DNA of 64,000 bases from Octopus vulgaris (taxonomy: Eukaryota): the NCBI GenBank assembly GCA_951406725.2, contig OX597826.1, positions 16,926,001-16,990,000 of the forward strand, in the 5' to 3' direction. Both the position numbers and the translations under genes were made by a program. Of the stretch, positions 11,480 through 27,307 are shown one piece after another (position 1 is the stretch's first letter; every line of letters starts with the position of its first letter). Below the pieces are notes generated by a model, which ran no database searches, was not told where the DNA came from, and saw only the letters and a program-made list of their open reading frames with translations.

Positions 11480-14400
11480 GGTCATGACATGAACTAATTT
11501 AAAACTTCTCAAAATCAATTACCCCCTACCTCGGAAAATAATGATGCCTGAGACCTATGAACCTTAGCCAAGCAACAGACAAATAGTAAACCCTGTGTGT
11601 TTATAGCACAGCCCTGGATACCAGCCATGGAAATACCCGCTAGAACACGTGTCGTTCGAAGAACGCATTCATCAGTGATCTTAGGGTCTGACACTGAGAT
11701 CGAAAATTCTTTAAATCAGGACCAACGTTCTCAAGAACCTGTATCAAATCAAACCAAGGATATTCCAGAAACGGACACTCAGGATCAACTACCAAAGCTA
11801 TTTCAAAGAAACAGAAATACAGGAAAGAGATGGACTAAGGAGGAACATACCGAAGTTATGCTTCCTTATTATTATTCAACACTAAACCCAGATACATCAA
11901 CCACACAAAAAAGACACCTACAATATCTGGAGGAACAAAACCCCGCATAGCAGGGTATACATGGACAGTAACAAACTAGGAGCTGTGAGACGTGATATCC
12001 TAAAAAATAAAAGACTAACTGACAAAGAAATTGACAAAATAGACCAGTCAAAAGTCGGCTCAGTATAACACACTCTCACTTATACCCACAGACAAAAATC
12101 CTGAAATCACTAACTCAGACCAGCGAACTAGGTACACAGAACCCTATGAAGGTAGAACATCAGTTAATACTAAACGCTCTATAAATGATCACGTCCGCAA
12201 TGAAGTGTTAAAGGGAATACTAGAAAAATATCTAATACAACTACATCTACCTTTCCAGGAAAGAGCCCCAATTCCCAAAATTATTAATACTAATAAAAAT
12301 AGACAAGTAATCAAGGAAAGTGATGAAACACTTGAAAAGCTGATACGACAACTCCTTGAGAATAGTAGAGAAAATGCGCTTGGAGTGAGTGATCAACTCA
12401 TTTACTTAGCTGCCTATGTTGCAACTCAGAAATGCTGCATTAAAATAAGAGATAGACAAAAAAGATCAATGTAAATAAACAGCCTGCATGGATAGAAAGA
12501 ATAAACAGGCAAATAATACAACTAAGAGCAGACATATATTTTCTACTTGTAGCAAGCAAAGGAAAAACTAATAAAGCCAACAAACTATTAAGAATAATTG
12601 CTAAACACGACTTCTACAAGAAATCAAACGATACACTGATTGAAATCCTTCAGACAAAAACTACAATTAAAAACCAAACGACTGGAGGATACATCAAACG
12701 CTCAGCATTCTATAGACAAAACATACTATAGACAAAACATACTATCCCATATTTCTATAGGGAACTGGGGAAAATACCATTATTGTGAAAACACCATCAC
12801 CCCAGCAGCAAACTGAAAATGTTTGGAAAAACATTTGGAGCTATCCAAAGGAGTTTAATCAGAATGTACATTGGGTCAGGGACATAGAAGAGGCTAATAC
12901 TCACCTCAAATATCAAGAATGGCAGGATATAACAACTGAAGAAGTGAAAGTGGCGCTCGCCAAGTCAAAGAAATGGAAATCCCCAGGTATAGATAAGATT
13001 CCAGATTTTTTGATAAACTCTTTAATGGACAATCACCACAACTTAGCTGTAGCACTCAATGAACTCATGTCCAACCTTGCGAAAGCTTACCAAATGGACT
13101 ACATATCTCTTACCAAAAACAGAACAAACTACTAATCCCCCAAAATAACGACCTATAACATGCCTCAGCACCATATATAAACTGTTAACATATATATATA
13201 ATAGCGAATAGAGCATATGTATTCTTCGTCAATAGCAAGATATTCCCATGGACCGAAAGGGATGTAAAAGGAGATGAGATGGATATAAGGACCAATTACT
13301 GATTGATAAAATGGTCATTGAAAATTGCAAATCCAAACTCAGCAACTTTAGCACCGCTTTGATAGATTACGTGAAGGCTTTTGACAGTGTCCTCCATGCA
13401 TGGATTATCAAGGCCCTGGAAATTTACAAGATAGCTCCAACAACTGTGAACTTTTTAAAAGTAATCATGAATCATTATCACCTGTGGTATCCTTCAAGTT
13501 GACACATTATTACTATTCTGCCTAGCTCTATTTCCTTTATCCACGCAACTGAACTGAATGATGCTAAGAGAGGCTATAAGATCTTTGACCAGAAAATTAA
13601 TCATCTACTCTGTATGATTGATCTAAAACTATTTGCTAAAAACGACAAAGAATTAGAAGAGCTTCTGAATATTGTCAAAGAATTCAGCTCTGATATAGGT
13701 ATGGAATTCGGACTTGATAAATGTGCAAAGGCTACTTTCAAGGCAAGGAATTCATAAAGGCAGAAAATATAGAACTTGATACTACAATAGCTATTCAAAA
13801 CCTAGATCAGTCCGAAATATACAAATATCTGCGAACCAAAGAAGGTGATGGAATTCAGGACTTTAAATGAAAGAGAAAATCCACAAGGAATGCTTTCGAA
13901 GGTTAAGAATGGTACTAGACTCAGAATTGAAAGATGCTAACAGAATTAATGCAATCAATTCTTTGACTATACCAGTAACCACATATAGCTTCGCTATCAT
14001 AAATTAGAGTCTCACTGAGATGCAGAATACGGATGGAAAGATCCGTAAAATCGTTACAAGGTACCGAAAGCACCATCCAAAATCAGATGTAGACCGGATC
14101 TACCAAGAAAAATAGATGGAAGAAGCCTGATACAGCTCGAACAATCGTTCAAATCAGTTACAATAGACCTTGAAACGTACCTTAATACAACAAGTGATGT
14201 GCTCTGATGAACTGCACTGAAGCATGAAGATTCCAACCAAGCTTCACTCATGAAGCTTAGTCAGTAATTTAAAAAGTCTCTTAGCCAACAAGTTAACAAT
14301 AAGAATGTCCAAAGGCACTCAAGTACTGACGGAGCTACCATTGCTTCTCCTGATTAAGAAATTAACAATCAAAAAGACCAAAAAGTATCAAATAGTAACA

Positions 14401-15030
14401 AACCTATCATTGATGCAAAAAGCAAAGAAGGCTTGAATGAATAATATTGAGAACAACTGGTATTGTAAACTCCTGCATGGAAAATACCCTAACCGCCAGA
14501 CCAAGCCAAGACATTGTTCAAAATCTAAAACACCAATGGCTACAAGTGACAGGTCTGAAAGGGGAAACAGAAAGTTTTGTCATTGCAGCGCAAGATCAGA
14601 GCTTACCAGAAATTACCATGCAAGCGTCCTTAAAGATGGATCTGACCCCACGTGCAGAATTTGCGGAAAATTCACAAATCATGTTGTTTTTGGAGTACCT
14701 CATAAGACATGGCAGAGTAGGGCAGTACATCCACTGGAATGCTTGTAAATACTACAAAATTAAATCCCATGATAAGTCGTACAGGCACCATCCAGAGAAT
14801 GTAGTAAATGGTGAGGGCCTCACCATCCTTTGGAACTTCCCAATACAAACAGACAGAAAAATTGACTCTAATCGACCAGAGATTGTGATCAAGGACTACA
14901 ACTGAGGTACTTTTCTCTTAATATTTCTGCCCCACAAGACCAAAATGTCTCAAGAAAAGAATACGAACAGCTTTCTCACGATAAAGAATCTGCAAATTGA
15001 AATCACAAGATACCAGTAGTATTTGGTGCG
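11480..15030 (+). mobile_element. Near full-length degraded R4/Dong-type non-LTR retrotransposon
   Basis: N-terminal KRWTKEEH..VM..YY; RT motifs KWKSPGIDKI, IDYVKAFDSVLHAWI, INHLLCMIDLKLFAK...IGMEFGLDKCAK; LKGETESFVIAAQDQSL; CRICG; ILWNFPIQTDRKIDSNRPEIV. Many stops and frameshifts. Confidence 0.9.
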
Positions 15031-15044
15031 TTATAAGTAGCTAG

Positions 15045-16225
15045 GAGTATAAGAATCTGAGACAGTAATCACTATACAAATGAAAGACACTATTGGAAAG
15101 TATATGAGACGGATGGGAGGATTGATGAAGTCAGAGCTAAATGGACTGGATCTTGTGATAGCAGTAAATACTTGAGCAGTCCCGTTACTTAGATATTCAT
15201 CAGCTTTTGTCGATTGGACAAAACCTGAATCAGCAAATCTAAACAGAAGAATTAGGAAAGAATTCAGTATGAATGGATGACTTCATCCTAGAACAGAAGC
15301 AGCATGACTGTAGTTACCTAGATAGGAAGGTGGGGAGAGGTTAAATATCAGTAGAATTTTGTGTGATAGTGATGAAGGAATTTTTTTAAAAAGCTGCTAG
15401 AGTAACAGATAGAGAAATAGATGGTTGAAAACCAGTAAAAAGTGGGAATATTAGCTGACCGGCAGGAGAAGGCCTTGCATGGTAAGTTTTCAAAGATTGT
15501 GGCAGAAAATAGTAATAGTGAGATATGGTTGTGATTGCAGAAAGGACTGGAAAAGGGGATATAAATTTTGTTAATTGCAACATAAGATCAGGTATTCAGG
15601 ACTAATTGTATAAAAGATAAGACTGGGAAAATGACGTAGATAATCAATGTAGGTTATATAAATCAGAAGAAAACTGTACTATTATAATTAGTGAATGTAG
15701 TATACTCGTACAGACAGAATACAAGGAAAGACATGATAACCAAAAGGAGAATAATCCACTGGGAATTATGAAGAAAACTAGGATTTGATCATACTGCTAA
15801 ATGGTATAAGCATGAACCAAGTGCTCGAAAGTAAGAAATATAGGATATTGTGAGATTTTAACATTCACACTGATTTAATAGTACTAGACAAAGAGAGCAG
15901 AAAATGCCAGATATTTGACTTTACAATCCCAAACGATTAGAAGCTGAATATGAGAGGTATACAGAAAATAACAAAGCACCAGGATTTAGCAATTGTATTA
16001 CAGAGACTATGGAAAGTGATCGTAATATGTATCCTTTTAGTTAAGAGTGCATTAGGAAAAATCCCTAAAGCTTTGAACATATGGATAGAGGAGATATGCA
16101 TAAAATCTAGATTAGTGAAGATCCAGAAAAACAGTTTTATTGGGACAGTTAGGATACTTAAGAATGTTCTTGGCATCGAAGGTTAATGTCATCGGATGTA
16201 AGGAATCGTTTCCAACAGTCTAATC
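15045..16225 (+). mobile_element. Second R4/Dong-type LINE 3' fragment, older subfamily
   Basis: AVNT-AVPLLRYS, LHPR..A.L.LPR-EGGRG, L..AT-DQVFRTN, RHD..IHWEL, LQRLWK...SALGKIPK...IQKNSFIGTVRILKNVLG; ends in (ATG/ATA)n. Confidence 0.8.
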
Positions 16226-16633
16226 TCATTTGCGTAAATGAAATAATGATGATGATGATGATATAACAATAATAACGATCATCATCATCATCATCGGCTT
16301 CATCATCATCATGACCATGCTAAAATTTACTTTTATAAAAAAAACAACACTTTCAGAAATCTACATATTTCATTGGAGTTTCATATTGATCCAGTACATA
16401 CAGAGCGATCGATATATTGTTGAGTGGCTTGAAATCAATCACCTACAGCATACAAATACCCACATATGAATGTTTGTATGAGTACGAATATATATATATA
16501 TATGAAAACTTACATGTAAACAGGTAAATGCGTATATGGATAATGTGCTTGTATATATTTATGAAGACATGTATTCACATATGTATATGTATATATTCAC
16601 ACATATTTATGTACGTATTCATGCATTTATACG

Positions 16634-17320
<687 letters not shown>

Positions 17321-17957
17321 ATATGTTTGTCCATGAATATGTCTGTGTGTAGGTGGGACCTACATGTATTGAATGAAAGTAAGAGAGGATGTTGGGTTGT
17401 AAATGAACGAGAGTGAAACAGCGAGAGAGAAGGCGAACGCAGAAAGTTTTTGAGATGTGTATTTTTATTGTATCATTTTGCAGCGGTTCGTTTAGTTTGC
17501 TTTTCTTCTTCTTCGATATTTCTCGCTATAATTTTATTACTGCTATAAATAAGAGAAATCGACTTTCTCTGTTACTGAAAACTATTGTTGTTTGCAATTC
17601 ATACTATACTGGCAGAACATTCTAGCACAAATTAATTGCTCCAGTGTTTATGATTTACAGTGTTGTGTTCGTATTTTTTTTCTTTTCTTCATTCTCAGTG
17701 GTGACTTCACCATAATTGTTAGATCGAATATATTCAGTTTAAAGCTAAGACTTTTATATTGAAGATTATCTGAAATGGCGGTATGATGGTAATATTATTC
17801 CTGTAGGAAAGTATTGCTATGAATTCACGTCAGTATGTGTACCGCATTTCAATATATATATGTTTGTCTACATGTATGTATATATGTATGCATATATACC
17901 TCGTAAAGCATTCTATTTTCAACATATATATATGCTTATATATATACACACACAAAC

Positions 17958-18036
<79 letters not shown>

Positions 18037-18749
18037 AGACACATATACATATATATAGACACATATACATATATATATATACTCACATGCCTGTATATGT
18101 GTGCGGATGTGTTTGTGTGTCTTCAACAATGCTTCGTTGTGTGATGATTCCTTAAATCTTAACATTAATTACCAGCACTTTAATACATCTTTTCTCCCTA
18201 AATATGCTTTCTTTACTAAGGTGAACATAAAGTGGAAAATAACTATTTACATGTTACACATGTGCGTTATTTGATCTGATTTTTAATTACAAGCTAGGTC
18301 TCATATTACATTGAACTCATATTTCGCTATCATGTTCGATTACTCTAATATGCTTTTTGGTTAACACGTCATAACTGCCATTGGGTCTTTTCGGCGGAAA
18401 TTATTATCTTCTAACACTGGGACCAGAGAACGTTCCCCACGCCGATGTTTCGGTTGCATATTGACATCATCTGCATCAGTCTCATTAGTCTAATAGAAAA
18501 ATCTAATATTACTGGCATTGCCTTTCCTCAATGACTAAGTGATGAATCAAAAATATTTTTGAAAGAATGCTGTCTCTTTTTATTCAGGTTACTTAAGATT
18601 ACTAAGTTTCTTTCAAAAATTATAACTAAGTATCGACAAGCTCCGCCTAAACGTCTAGAAATTGATACCAGACCTGATTAGAACGATTTCATCACATACA
18701 CATGCTTCGATTAACGTAGATAGTAAGTTAGTATTACAGAACATGAATA

Positions 18750-19277
18750 CAGCTGTATACAGCTATGGTACGACCACACTTGGAATTCGCATCTTCAGTT
18801 TGGAACCCCTATCTTGCTCAGAACATTGACCTTCTGGAATCTGTCCAGAGACGTGCAACCAAACGCATACCCTCCATCAGACACCTACCATATTCTGAGC
18901 GCCTTGGTTCCCTGGGCATGGATTCACTGAAGCTCCGGCGTCTGGCGACGGACTAGGTAAACACCCACAAAGTTATCAACCACCTCACCAACAACAACAC
19001 TGAACACCTTTTTGATCTCCATGTGTCTAACACACGTGGACATGCCTAACAAAGTCAGAAAACAACACAGCTCCCATGACTTTCGGAAACATTTTTTCAC
19101 GCTCAGAGTTGCTGAAGCATGGAATAAACTGCCTGCATCAGTTGTTGACTGCCATGACACTGCATCCTTTAAGGCCCTCATGCTTTCCGAAATCCGCCGA
19201 AACTACACCTGATTATATATACACTTTAGATGAGTTGTAGTGCACCTGAGCACTGTACACAATTATTATTATTATCA

Positions 19278-19335
<58 letters not shown>

Positions 19336-19360
19336 GATTATTATTATTATTATTATTATT
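18750..19360 (+). mobile_element. CR1/L2-group LINE 3' end with (ATT)n tail
   Basis: LYTAMVRPHLEFASSVWNPY...LESVQRRATKRIP...YSERL, TRGH, RKHFFTLRVAEAWNKLP; (ATT)n tail at 19261-19360. Confidence 0.88.
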
Positions 19361-19699
19361 TATGAAGTAAACTAACACTTGTACAGGCAGGCGGCATGAG
19401 TCATAGCAGTTCAGACATTCGATATAGGCAAACCAAACTCACTTCATCTCTTCCTTTATCTGTCTGTCCCTATCTCCATCTTTCTTCCCTCTTCCATTTC
19501 TACTACTATGCCCATCTATGAAGAAGGTGTCATGCAGTGCTGCATGTGCTCTTCACACAATAATAACAGGTTTAATCTTTAAAATTCCCTCCACTCATTT
19601 TCTGCAGATTAGCAATCTCATATGGATAGAGAAGAATAACAGAGAAGGGTATATTTTGTTGAGCTTACCACTAAAACGTTGACACTTTGGTTTCTCACC

Positions 19700-20200
19700 A
19701 TTGAGAAGAATTTCAGCTAGGACCAAAAGCTAAGGTTCTAACGGTCATGCATACTAGATTCTCAGCAACTGTGATGATTCTAGGAGTCGTCAGCAATGAA
19801 GGAGACATCACGCCTCCTCAATTTCGTCACAGGGCTTAAAAGTCAATGCCGCTGTCTAAACGCAAGTATTGGAGAAGCTTGTGAGGCTCTGGATACACAG
19901 AGCATGCAACGACAGACATTACTTCTTCCAGTAAGTTTCTACACTGTCTCATAAGGCCAGGACAAGCGTTGATATGTGCCAATCACCATGATAGGTCCTC
20001 CCAGACACATAGCCCCTATCTTACTAGACCTGGATTATTACATATGGGGCGTAGTTAAGGGAGAGGTCAATCAAAACTCACATAGTAACATACAATTTCT
20101 CAAGTCTGCCATAACCAGCTTTATCTCAAAAATTGATAAAGGTCATCCGGCCAGTTATTAAAGCAGCCATTGATGAGTTTAAGAAAAGGATTCACAAGAG
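19700..20200 (+). mobile_element. Degenerate Tc1/mariner (DD37D/maT-like) transposase fragment
   Basis: VMILGVVSNEGDITPP, GLKVNA, YFFQ-VS..SHKA, LDYYIWGVVKGEVN...H...LKSAI. Confidence 0.75.
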
Positions 20201-20365
20201 TATTTGTTTTCAAATACAGTTTTGCTTTGATGAGCTATTAGTCTTTTTCTAAATTGATAAAGATTCTCTAAAAAAACTGATGAGCTTTGTATGTGTGTAC
20301 AGCAATATAACTACACGTATACTGTTGGTGATTTCATTTCTTTCTTTGGACTTTTCCTTTCCTTC

Positions 20366-20398
20366 TTTCTGACGAAGAGCTATGCTCCAAACGTCAAA
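20366..20398 (+). ncRNA. Minimal hammerhead relic with G12->C substitution (Penelope pLTR-type)
   Basis: UUU-CUGACGA-A-GAGC(UAU)GCUC-CAAA-CG-UC-AAA; stems intact, palindromic ACGU stem III, catalytic GAAA reads CAAA. Confidence 0.55.
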
Positions 20399-22323
20399 TT
20401 CTCTCTTTCACCGAACGTCAAGGTAATACACTTCTTGTGCACCATCCTCTTGTCGTTTATAGAGAGAGAAGAGGACAGAGGGGGAAATGTTGAGAGAAAG
20501 ACAAACAAGAGACAAAGATAGATAATAGATACAAAGACAGATTTAGCTAACTTTGGCCAAATCTTTTCAGTCTTAATCACATATCACGTTCCCGCAAAGA
20601 TTTGCAGCTAATTCATAAAGCACTGTCCAATATAATTCCCAGTTATTAATAATGCATGGTATCTGATGGAGGAGGAAATATTAGTTGTCATTTCTAGGAA
20701 CTCCATTTACCACATAGACAACCACTTTGATGGTGCTTTGCTCAGTCATCCTTAATCGAGTATTGCTATGACACATTTCGTGTGTGAGTGTAATGTAGTT
20801 TTGAATATTAATGCCTGAAATCTGTGGTTCATCCTTTATGAATGCTATGTATTTGGTTTGAGAAAATTCCAGTAATCACTTAAATTCTTACAAACAGTTA
20901 AATGTTAGAACATACGGTTGACGTTATTAGATCACAATTCATCTAGATCGACGAAGAAGTGAAGCGATTGCAAAACGTTTGTTTCCTTTCGTTTCTGCAC
21001 TCTTTTACGTAGCTCTTAACTGCGGCTCCTCTTGTTTTCAACTTCTCTCGCTTCCACTTTTCAAAATGTTATTAAAATTTAAACAAGTTCATAGGACAAA
21101 ACTTAATAGTCAATTTAAAGCCAAGAAATCAAAAGTAAGCAGTAACATTTGTATGCAAAGTTTTCTGATAATATATGCAACATAATGTAAAGATTAGTGG
21201 TGATAAATATAGCGAGAGACACAAAGTTATAGATATTGTATAATGCTTGTTTTTATGTATAACAGTGCGCTAGTCATATGTGCGCATGTGTAGCAATATG
21301 TATGCGTGTATAATGGGTGTATGTATATGGGTGTGATTACACCTTGGTTCTGGAGTAAATCGAAATATGCTGTTGGTTTAGTCTATGCAACACATTTTTT
21401 TCTTTAAAAGATAATTCTACTAAGGTACTGAGTACGGAATTTTGCTTTTGAACTGTTGAAAGTTTGTGTGTGTGTGCGTGTGTATGTGTTGTGCTTGTGA
21501 GTGTGCGTATGTGCATGTATGTATGTATGTGCGTGGGTGTGTATTGTGTGGACTGATTCTGTGTGTTGTGTGTATGCATGTATTTCTCCCAGTTCTGTCA
21601 CCGCTTACAAAGATACTCCAACAGCATTCTTTTGTGTCACTGACAAGCTCACAGAAATATAACGAAGCGCTTTGACTCTCCAAAGGAACAGAAAATATAG
21701 GAATTTCTGGCTGTTTACACATTGCTAAAATGCCCTTTACATGAAATAATTACTTCAAATTTAGTACGGTTTCAGATCAAATGCAAAGCAAAATACCACT
21801 CTAAAATAAATATTTCTACTCATAATTGATCAAATTCTGCATAACTTTCTGCATAAAGTTAAATCAATGAAAAGTTGACAAACCTATTGTTTACCAAAAT
21901 AAAAAAGTATTCTTTTCAAACCGGATGAAAGTATTGATTTCAAGTAAATCTAATACCATTGTTATTTTCTTATACTCGGTATTATCTTGGTCAATTCACA
22001 AAAAGAACAATATCGATCTTACAAATATCGGCTTTCTTTGTCTATGCTACAGGTTATTCAAATGTGTATTGTAAGCATTCCAGCGTTATTTTCTTGCTTG
22101 TTCTAGTTGATCCTCAATACATAACTACGATACTGAGTGCGTAAATAGGAATCAAAGATATTTCAATAAATTTTCATGCTGTTTATATCGCTTTTGTTTT
22201 TTTTTTTTTCACATGTATACTACCATTCGTTATCAAGTACTGAATTGAACCATATATGTGTGTGCATGAGTCTATCATCTATCTAGCTAAGTGTCTATCT
22301 ATCTATTAATCTACCTTTGTCTC

Positions 22324-22376
<53 letters not shown>

Positions 22377-22450
22377 TTTGACGCATAAATACGTAAATTG
22401 CATTATATTTTCATATTCCTAGAATGAAAAATCAACGCAGTAAAATATAT

Positions 22451-22528
<78 letters not shown>

Positions 22529-23030
22529 GTTACGTACGCATATACATACATATATAAACACACCTACACATATATACATACAAACAGTCACAGAAATCCA
22601 TATTCATACAACGCCATATTTTTATACATACGCACATATGTCCGTATGCGCGTATATATTTATAACCGGTTGACCGGTGCATTTAGCAAAGTGGCAGGGG
22701 AATCTATAGGCTACGTTAAACACATTTATCTCAGTTCAATCCTACAGTGATCTTGTACGAGTGATTCTACGTAGGAAATGCTCGAGAATTATAGCAACGG
22801 AAATGACATAACGACTGATGAAATGTTACTAAGAAATACATGATTTAGATTATTCCATTTGATTTCCATTCCAAAAATATGCAAATTCATAGAAATTTAC
22901 GAATTTTTTTTTCCAGTGTACTTTTTTACACATATATTTCTAACATGTACTGCATGTATTTTAGGCAACTAGAAGGTTTGTAAATGATATCGGCACAGTA
23001 TAAAACCATGCCTTGTATATTTAAAAATAT

Positions 23031-23378
23031 TGTAGGAATTTATAGTCGTAGGTAGCTTGCTTACCAACCACATGGTTCCGAGTTCAGTCCAACTACATGG
23101 CACCTTGGGCAAGTGTTTTCTACTATAGCCTCGAGCCTTGTGAGTGGATTTGGTGGGCGGAAACTGAAAGAAACCCGTCGTATATATGTATATATATATA
23201 TGTGGGGGGGGGGGTTTGTGTGTCTGTATTTGTCCCCTCCCCAACATCGCTTGACAACCGATGGTGGTGTATTTACACCCCCGTAACATAGCGGTTCAGC
23301 AAAAAATACCGATTTGCTCGACTAAAAGGCGGTGCTCCTGCATGGCCACAGTCAAATGACTGAAACAAGTAAAAGAGA
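23031..23378 (+). mobile_element. SINE family B (tRNA head, CORE-like CACCTTGGGCAAGTG, internal TA/TG tract)
   Basis: B-box-like GGTTCCGAGTTCAGTCC; related partial copies at 24622-24780, 34065-34160 (minus) and 61520-61665. Confidence 0.75.
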
Positions 23379-23655
23379 ATGTATTTACCATTATGCCCTT
23401 TCAACTGTAATTAATCTCGTTTGTAGTTTCGGGTATCGAATATCTAGGAGTACGTTTCTTTATGTGTTCTCTTTTTAAGATGATAGGATGCGACTTTCAG
23501 CTGAAAATTGCAACAGATCAAGCGGTATGCCGCATGTTCTTTCAACCTTAGGAAACCTCCTCAAATACCCCATCAAATCTGCACTTCCCCAGGATGGACA
23601 TGTAGATCTAAAACCAGAAGAGAATAGAGGAAGATCATATGCTGTGACTTTATCT

Positions 23656-23985
23656 TTCTTTAAAGACTCCGCCGGTTACGACGACGAGGGTCCCAGCTGA
23701 TACGATCAACGGAACAGCTTGCTCGTGAAATTAACGTGCAAATGGCTGAGCATTCCACAGACACGTGTACCCTTAACGTAGTTCTCGGGGATAATCAGCG
23801 TGACACAGAGAGTGACAAGGCTGACCCTTTGAAATACAAGTACAACTCATTTTTGCCAGCTGAGTGGACTGGAGCAACGTGAAATAAAGTGTCTTGCTCA
23901 AGGACACAACGCGTCGCCGGGAATCGAACTCACAACCTTACGATCATGAGCCGAATGCCCTAACCACTAAGCCACGCGCCCTCAC
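23656..23985 (-). mobile_element. tRNA-derived SINE family C with CORE-like domain, full length
   Basis: Minus strand A box TGGCTTAGTGG, B box GAGTTCGATTCCC, GTGTCCTTGAGCAAGACAC; 12-bp TSD GTGACTTTATCT at 23644-23655 and 23986-23997. Confidence 0.9.
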
Positions 23986-24321
23986 GTGACTTTATCTAGA
24001 AGTGGATCGACAACAGCTCAATGCGTCGAGATATTTTGTTTTCTATAGACATGTAATTTTTGTGTCACATCTACTTGAAAAAGTGTCTGATGTAGTTTAT
24101 CAAATACATGTATTCATTTTTGAACTTGACCAATATGTAGCCACCCGAAAATTGAAGCTACAGAAATATCTTTGTATTTGTGAAGTATAGTAACAAATCA
24201 GCATATTAATCACTCAATTTTTATGGGAATGGTACTTCTGATTTAGTACGAGGAAATATTGAGTTTAAATGCAGCCATATGAGATGAAACTATCCAAACG
24301 AAACACAATGCATATATATAT

Positions 24322-24495
<174 letters not shown>

Positions 24496-24621
24496 CCGAC
24501 GTTCTATCCGACTTACAGCCGATCGACTTTGAGACGATGGGACGCCAGTTCCCGGCAGCAAAGCCATAATAAATAGTCTAGTTGAAATCTATCTATCTAT
24601 ATATATATATATATCGGAATT

Positions 24622-24780
24622 TATAGGAGTTACTTTGCGGTAAGAAGCTTGCTTCCCACCTACATGCTTCCGGTTTCAGTCTACGTGGCACCTTGATCGA
24701 GTGTTTTATACTATAGCCTCTGGCCGACCAAAGCCTTGCGAGTGGATTTGGTGGACGGAAACTGGAAGAAGCCCATCGTA
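24622..24780 (+). mobile_element. SINE family B 5' part
   Basis: Homologous to 23031-23180 up to the internal TA tract. Confidence 0.7.
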
Positions 24781-24792
24781 TATATATATATG

Positions 24793-24823
<31 letters not shown>

Positions 24824-24859
24824 CTGTATACACGTACATACATTATCTATCTGTCTGTC

Positions 24860-24893
<34 letters not shown>

Positions 24894-25113
24894 GACAAAC
24901 AGATAGATAATGTATGTACGTGTATATAGAGAGACAGGTGGATAGATAGACAGACAGACAGAGAAACTGACTGACTGACTGACAAACAAACAGACAGACT
25001 GACAGACAGACAGACAGGCAGGCAGACAGATAGATAGATAGATAGATAGATAGATACATACATACATACATACATACATACATACATACATACATACATA
25101 CATACATACATAC

Positions 25114-25189
<76 letters not shown>

Positions 25190-25717
25190 ATGGATGGATG
25201 GATATTTCATATGATTAATAGACTTATTAAAAGTATATCTCTGTAGATGTGTATACAGATTTGTTGTCAAATGGACCGTAGTTCTGTTATTGTCAACATA
25301 ATAAAATAAACAAATGCAATTTAAAATGGTTCAATGAACTGATATGCAGCCAGATCCGATAAACTGATGCGCAAAGAAATGTACAGAAGACAAAACTAAT
25401 TATTTTCGAAATGAAGAGTGAATACTGCATATGCAGACATTGAAGAATACAGAACATCGAGTGGCGCTTGCTGTTTTTGCATCAAAATTGAAATATGTGT
25501 AATTACATGAAAGAATTGAGGAAAGAGTTAAGTAATGTGAGTAAAATATTAATTAGATTTTTGAAATGTATTGAATAATAATACAATTTCAGCCGAAATT
25601 TATAATATGAAACAGTGAATTAAATTCTAGAATGTTTCGATTTTGATAAATCATATATTATCGCAGGAAAATTCGAGTAAAATATAATTATGTATGAAAC
25701 ACATATTCATGCATATG

Positions 25718-25773
<56 letters not shown>

Positions 25774-26915
25774 TGTGTGTGTGAAAAAGGCAGAATGTGT
25801 GAGAGAGTGTAAGCGTCTCTGCACATGTTTCGTATGTGAGTGTATGCGTGTAACTTTAATCTTTTCTCTGAGAAGGCATTCATTTCCGACCGTTATAGAA
25901 GAAATATTGGAAAATGTCCACTAAAATGTTATTACCTTCAGTACTAGGATATATGTGAGATGGATGACATACATCTACATTTGAAGCATGAATCAGCTAA
26001 CACTTTGTGGTTACATTTTGATTTCTTGATGACAGTTAAAAATTAACTACATCCTTCCTTTAAAATCCTGTTTCATATGGTATTTCTCTGTAGTGCACAA
26101 TAACATTGATTTGCTACATTTATATAGGCCATACTTGACCCGTTGCAACCAAAATGATCAGCGGATTGGAGTTTCGGTTTCAATTTAGCTGTACATAGAG
26201 ATACGACATTTCTATTTTCTTTATTATATACGGTTAAAGAAACAAATTTTAAGTGCTACTTCGCTACACTCCAACTAAATTTACGTGTATTTTCTGGCTG
26301 TTTACTGCCAAATTTTGCTTTATACTAACTGCATTCATTAAACTTTCCCATTAAGTCACATATTCATTCACTATGAAATTTAATTCGAGTATATATCATG
26401 ACTTATTCTTTCTAGTTTAAGCGTTGTTATTTTACCAACTTATTTTAGATAGCTACAAATGACATTGACGCTATATTTGTTAAAAAAATGATACTCCTGG
26501 CTGAGCTAGAGACGTTACTATATTATAGTAATTTATATTATTGCTATTTACGTTCGATTTTACATACTGCACAAGAGTGAGTTAAGATAGATAATCTTCT
26601 TAATTGTTTAACTACACTTCGAATTTAGTATGCTTGTTACTAATCAATTATAACTATTGATTTCTTTAAGCATATAAGAAAGTGTTTAAAGCATTTCTTT
26701 CAGTACATTGGTTCTTCATTTAGTTGTCTACATGGTTGACGTTTGCGTTTTTAAATCTTATGACTGAAGTTAACTATATTTGGTCGGGAACCAAATTCAC
26801 GGCTTATATGCCGACACATACGATAATTCCGTGGTAATAGTAGTATTACTAGCACACACATTCAAATCTATGCTCATGCGTAATTTCCTCATACATATAT
26901 ATATATATATATATA

Positions 26916-27307
26916 CTAGCAGTATCGCCCGGCGTTGCTCGGGTTTGTAAGGGAAATAACTATAAATATTTTTAGAGAGTTATAGCCAAAAAATGGAAAA
27001 AAAATGATGGTAATTTTTTTAGTTAAAAAGGTCGAGTTGCGTCAAATTTTTTAGTTAAAAAGGTCGAGTTGGTCCCATGACAGTCTGTGGTTTGTGTTTC
27101 TGATTCTGGACCCCATGTCGAATTTATCGATTTTTTCAGAACTGGGGAACTTTTCAAAATTTTCGCTGCGTTAGTTTTGAATTATGACATTGGCATGTGT
27201 GTCAAGTTTCATCAGAATCGGTTGAAAGCCGTGGTCAGGGTGAGGGTACAAGCAAACAGACACACAGAAACACGCACAGACAAACTGCCGTTTATATATA
27301 GAGAAGA
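26916..27307 (-). mobile_element. Non-autonomous Helitron, copy 1
   Basis: Minus strand 5'-TC(TTCTCTATATATAAA)... hairpin CCCGAGCAACGCCGGG ...CTAG-3', inserted between A and T, no TSD; near-identical to 27962-28345. Confidence 0.85.

Noticed and set aside
23900-23985. tRNA gene (also at 32915-32980 and 54605-54640)
   Set aside because: A/B boxes are present but there is no full cloverleaf; these are SINE heads followed by SINE body and, in two cases, TSDs.
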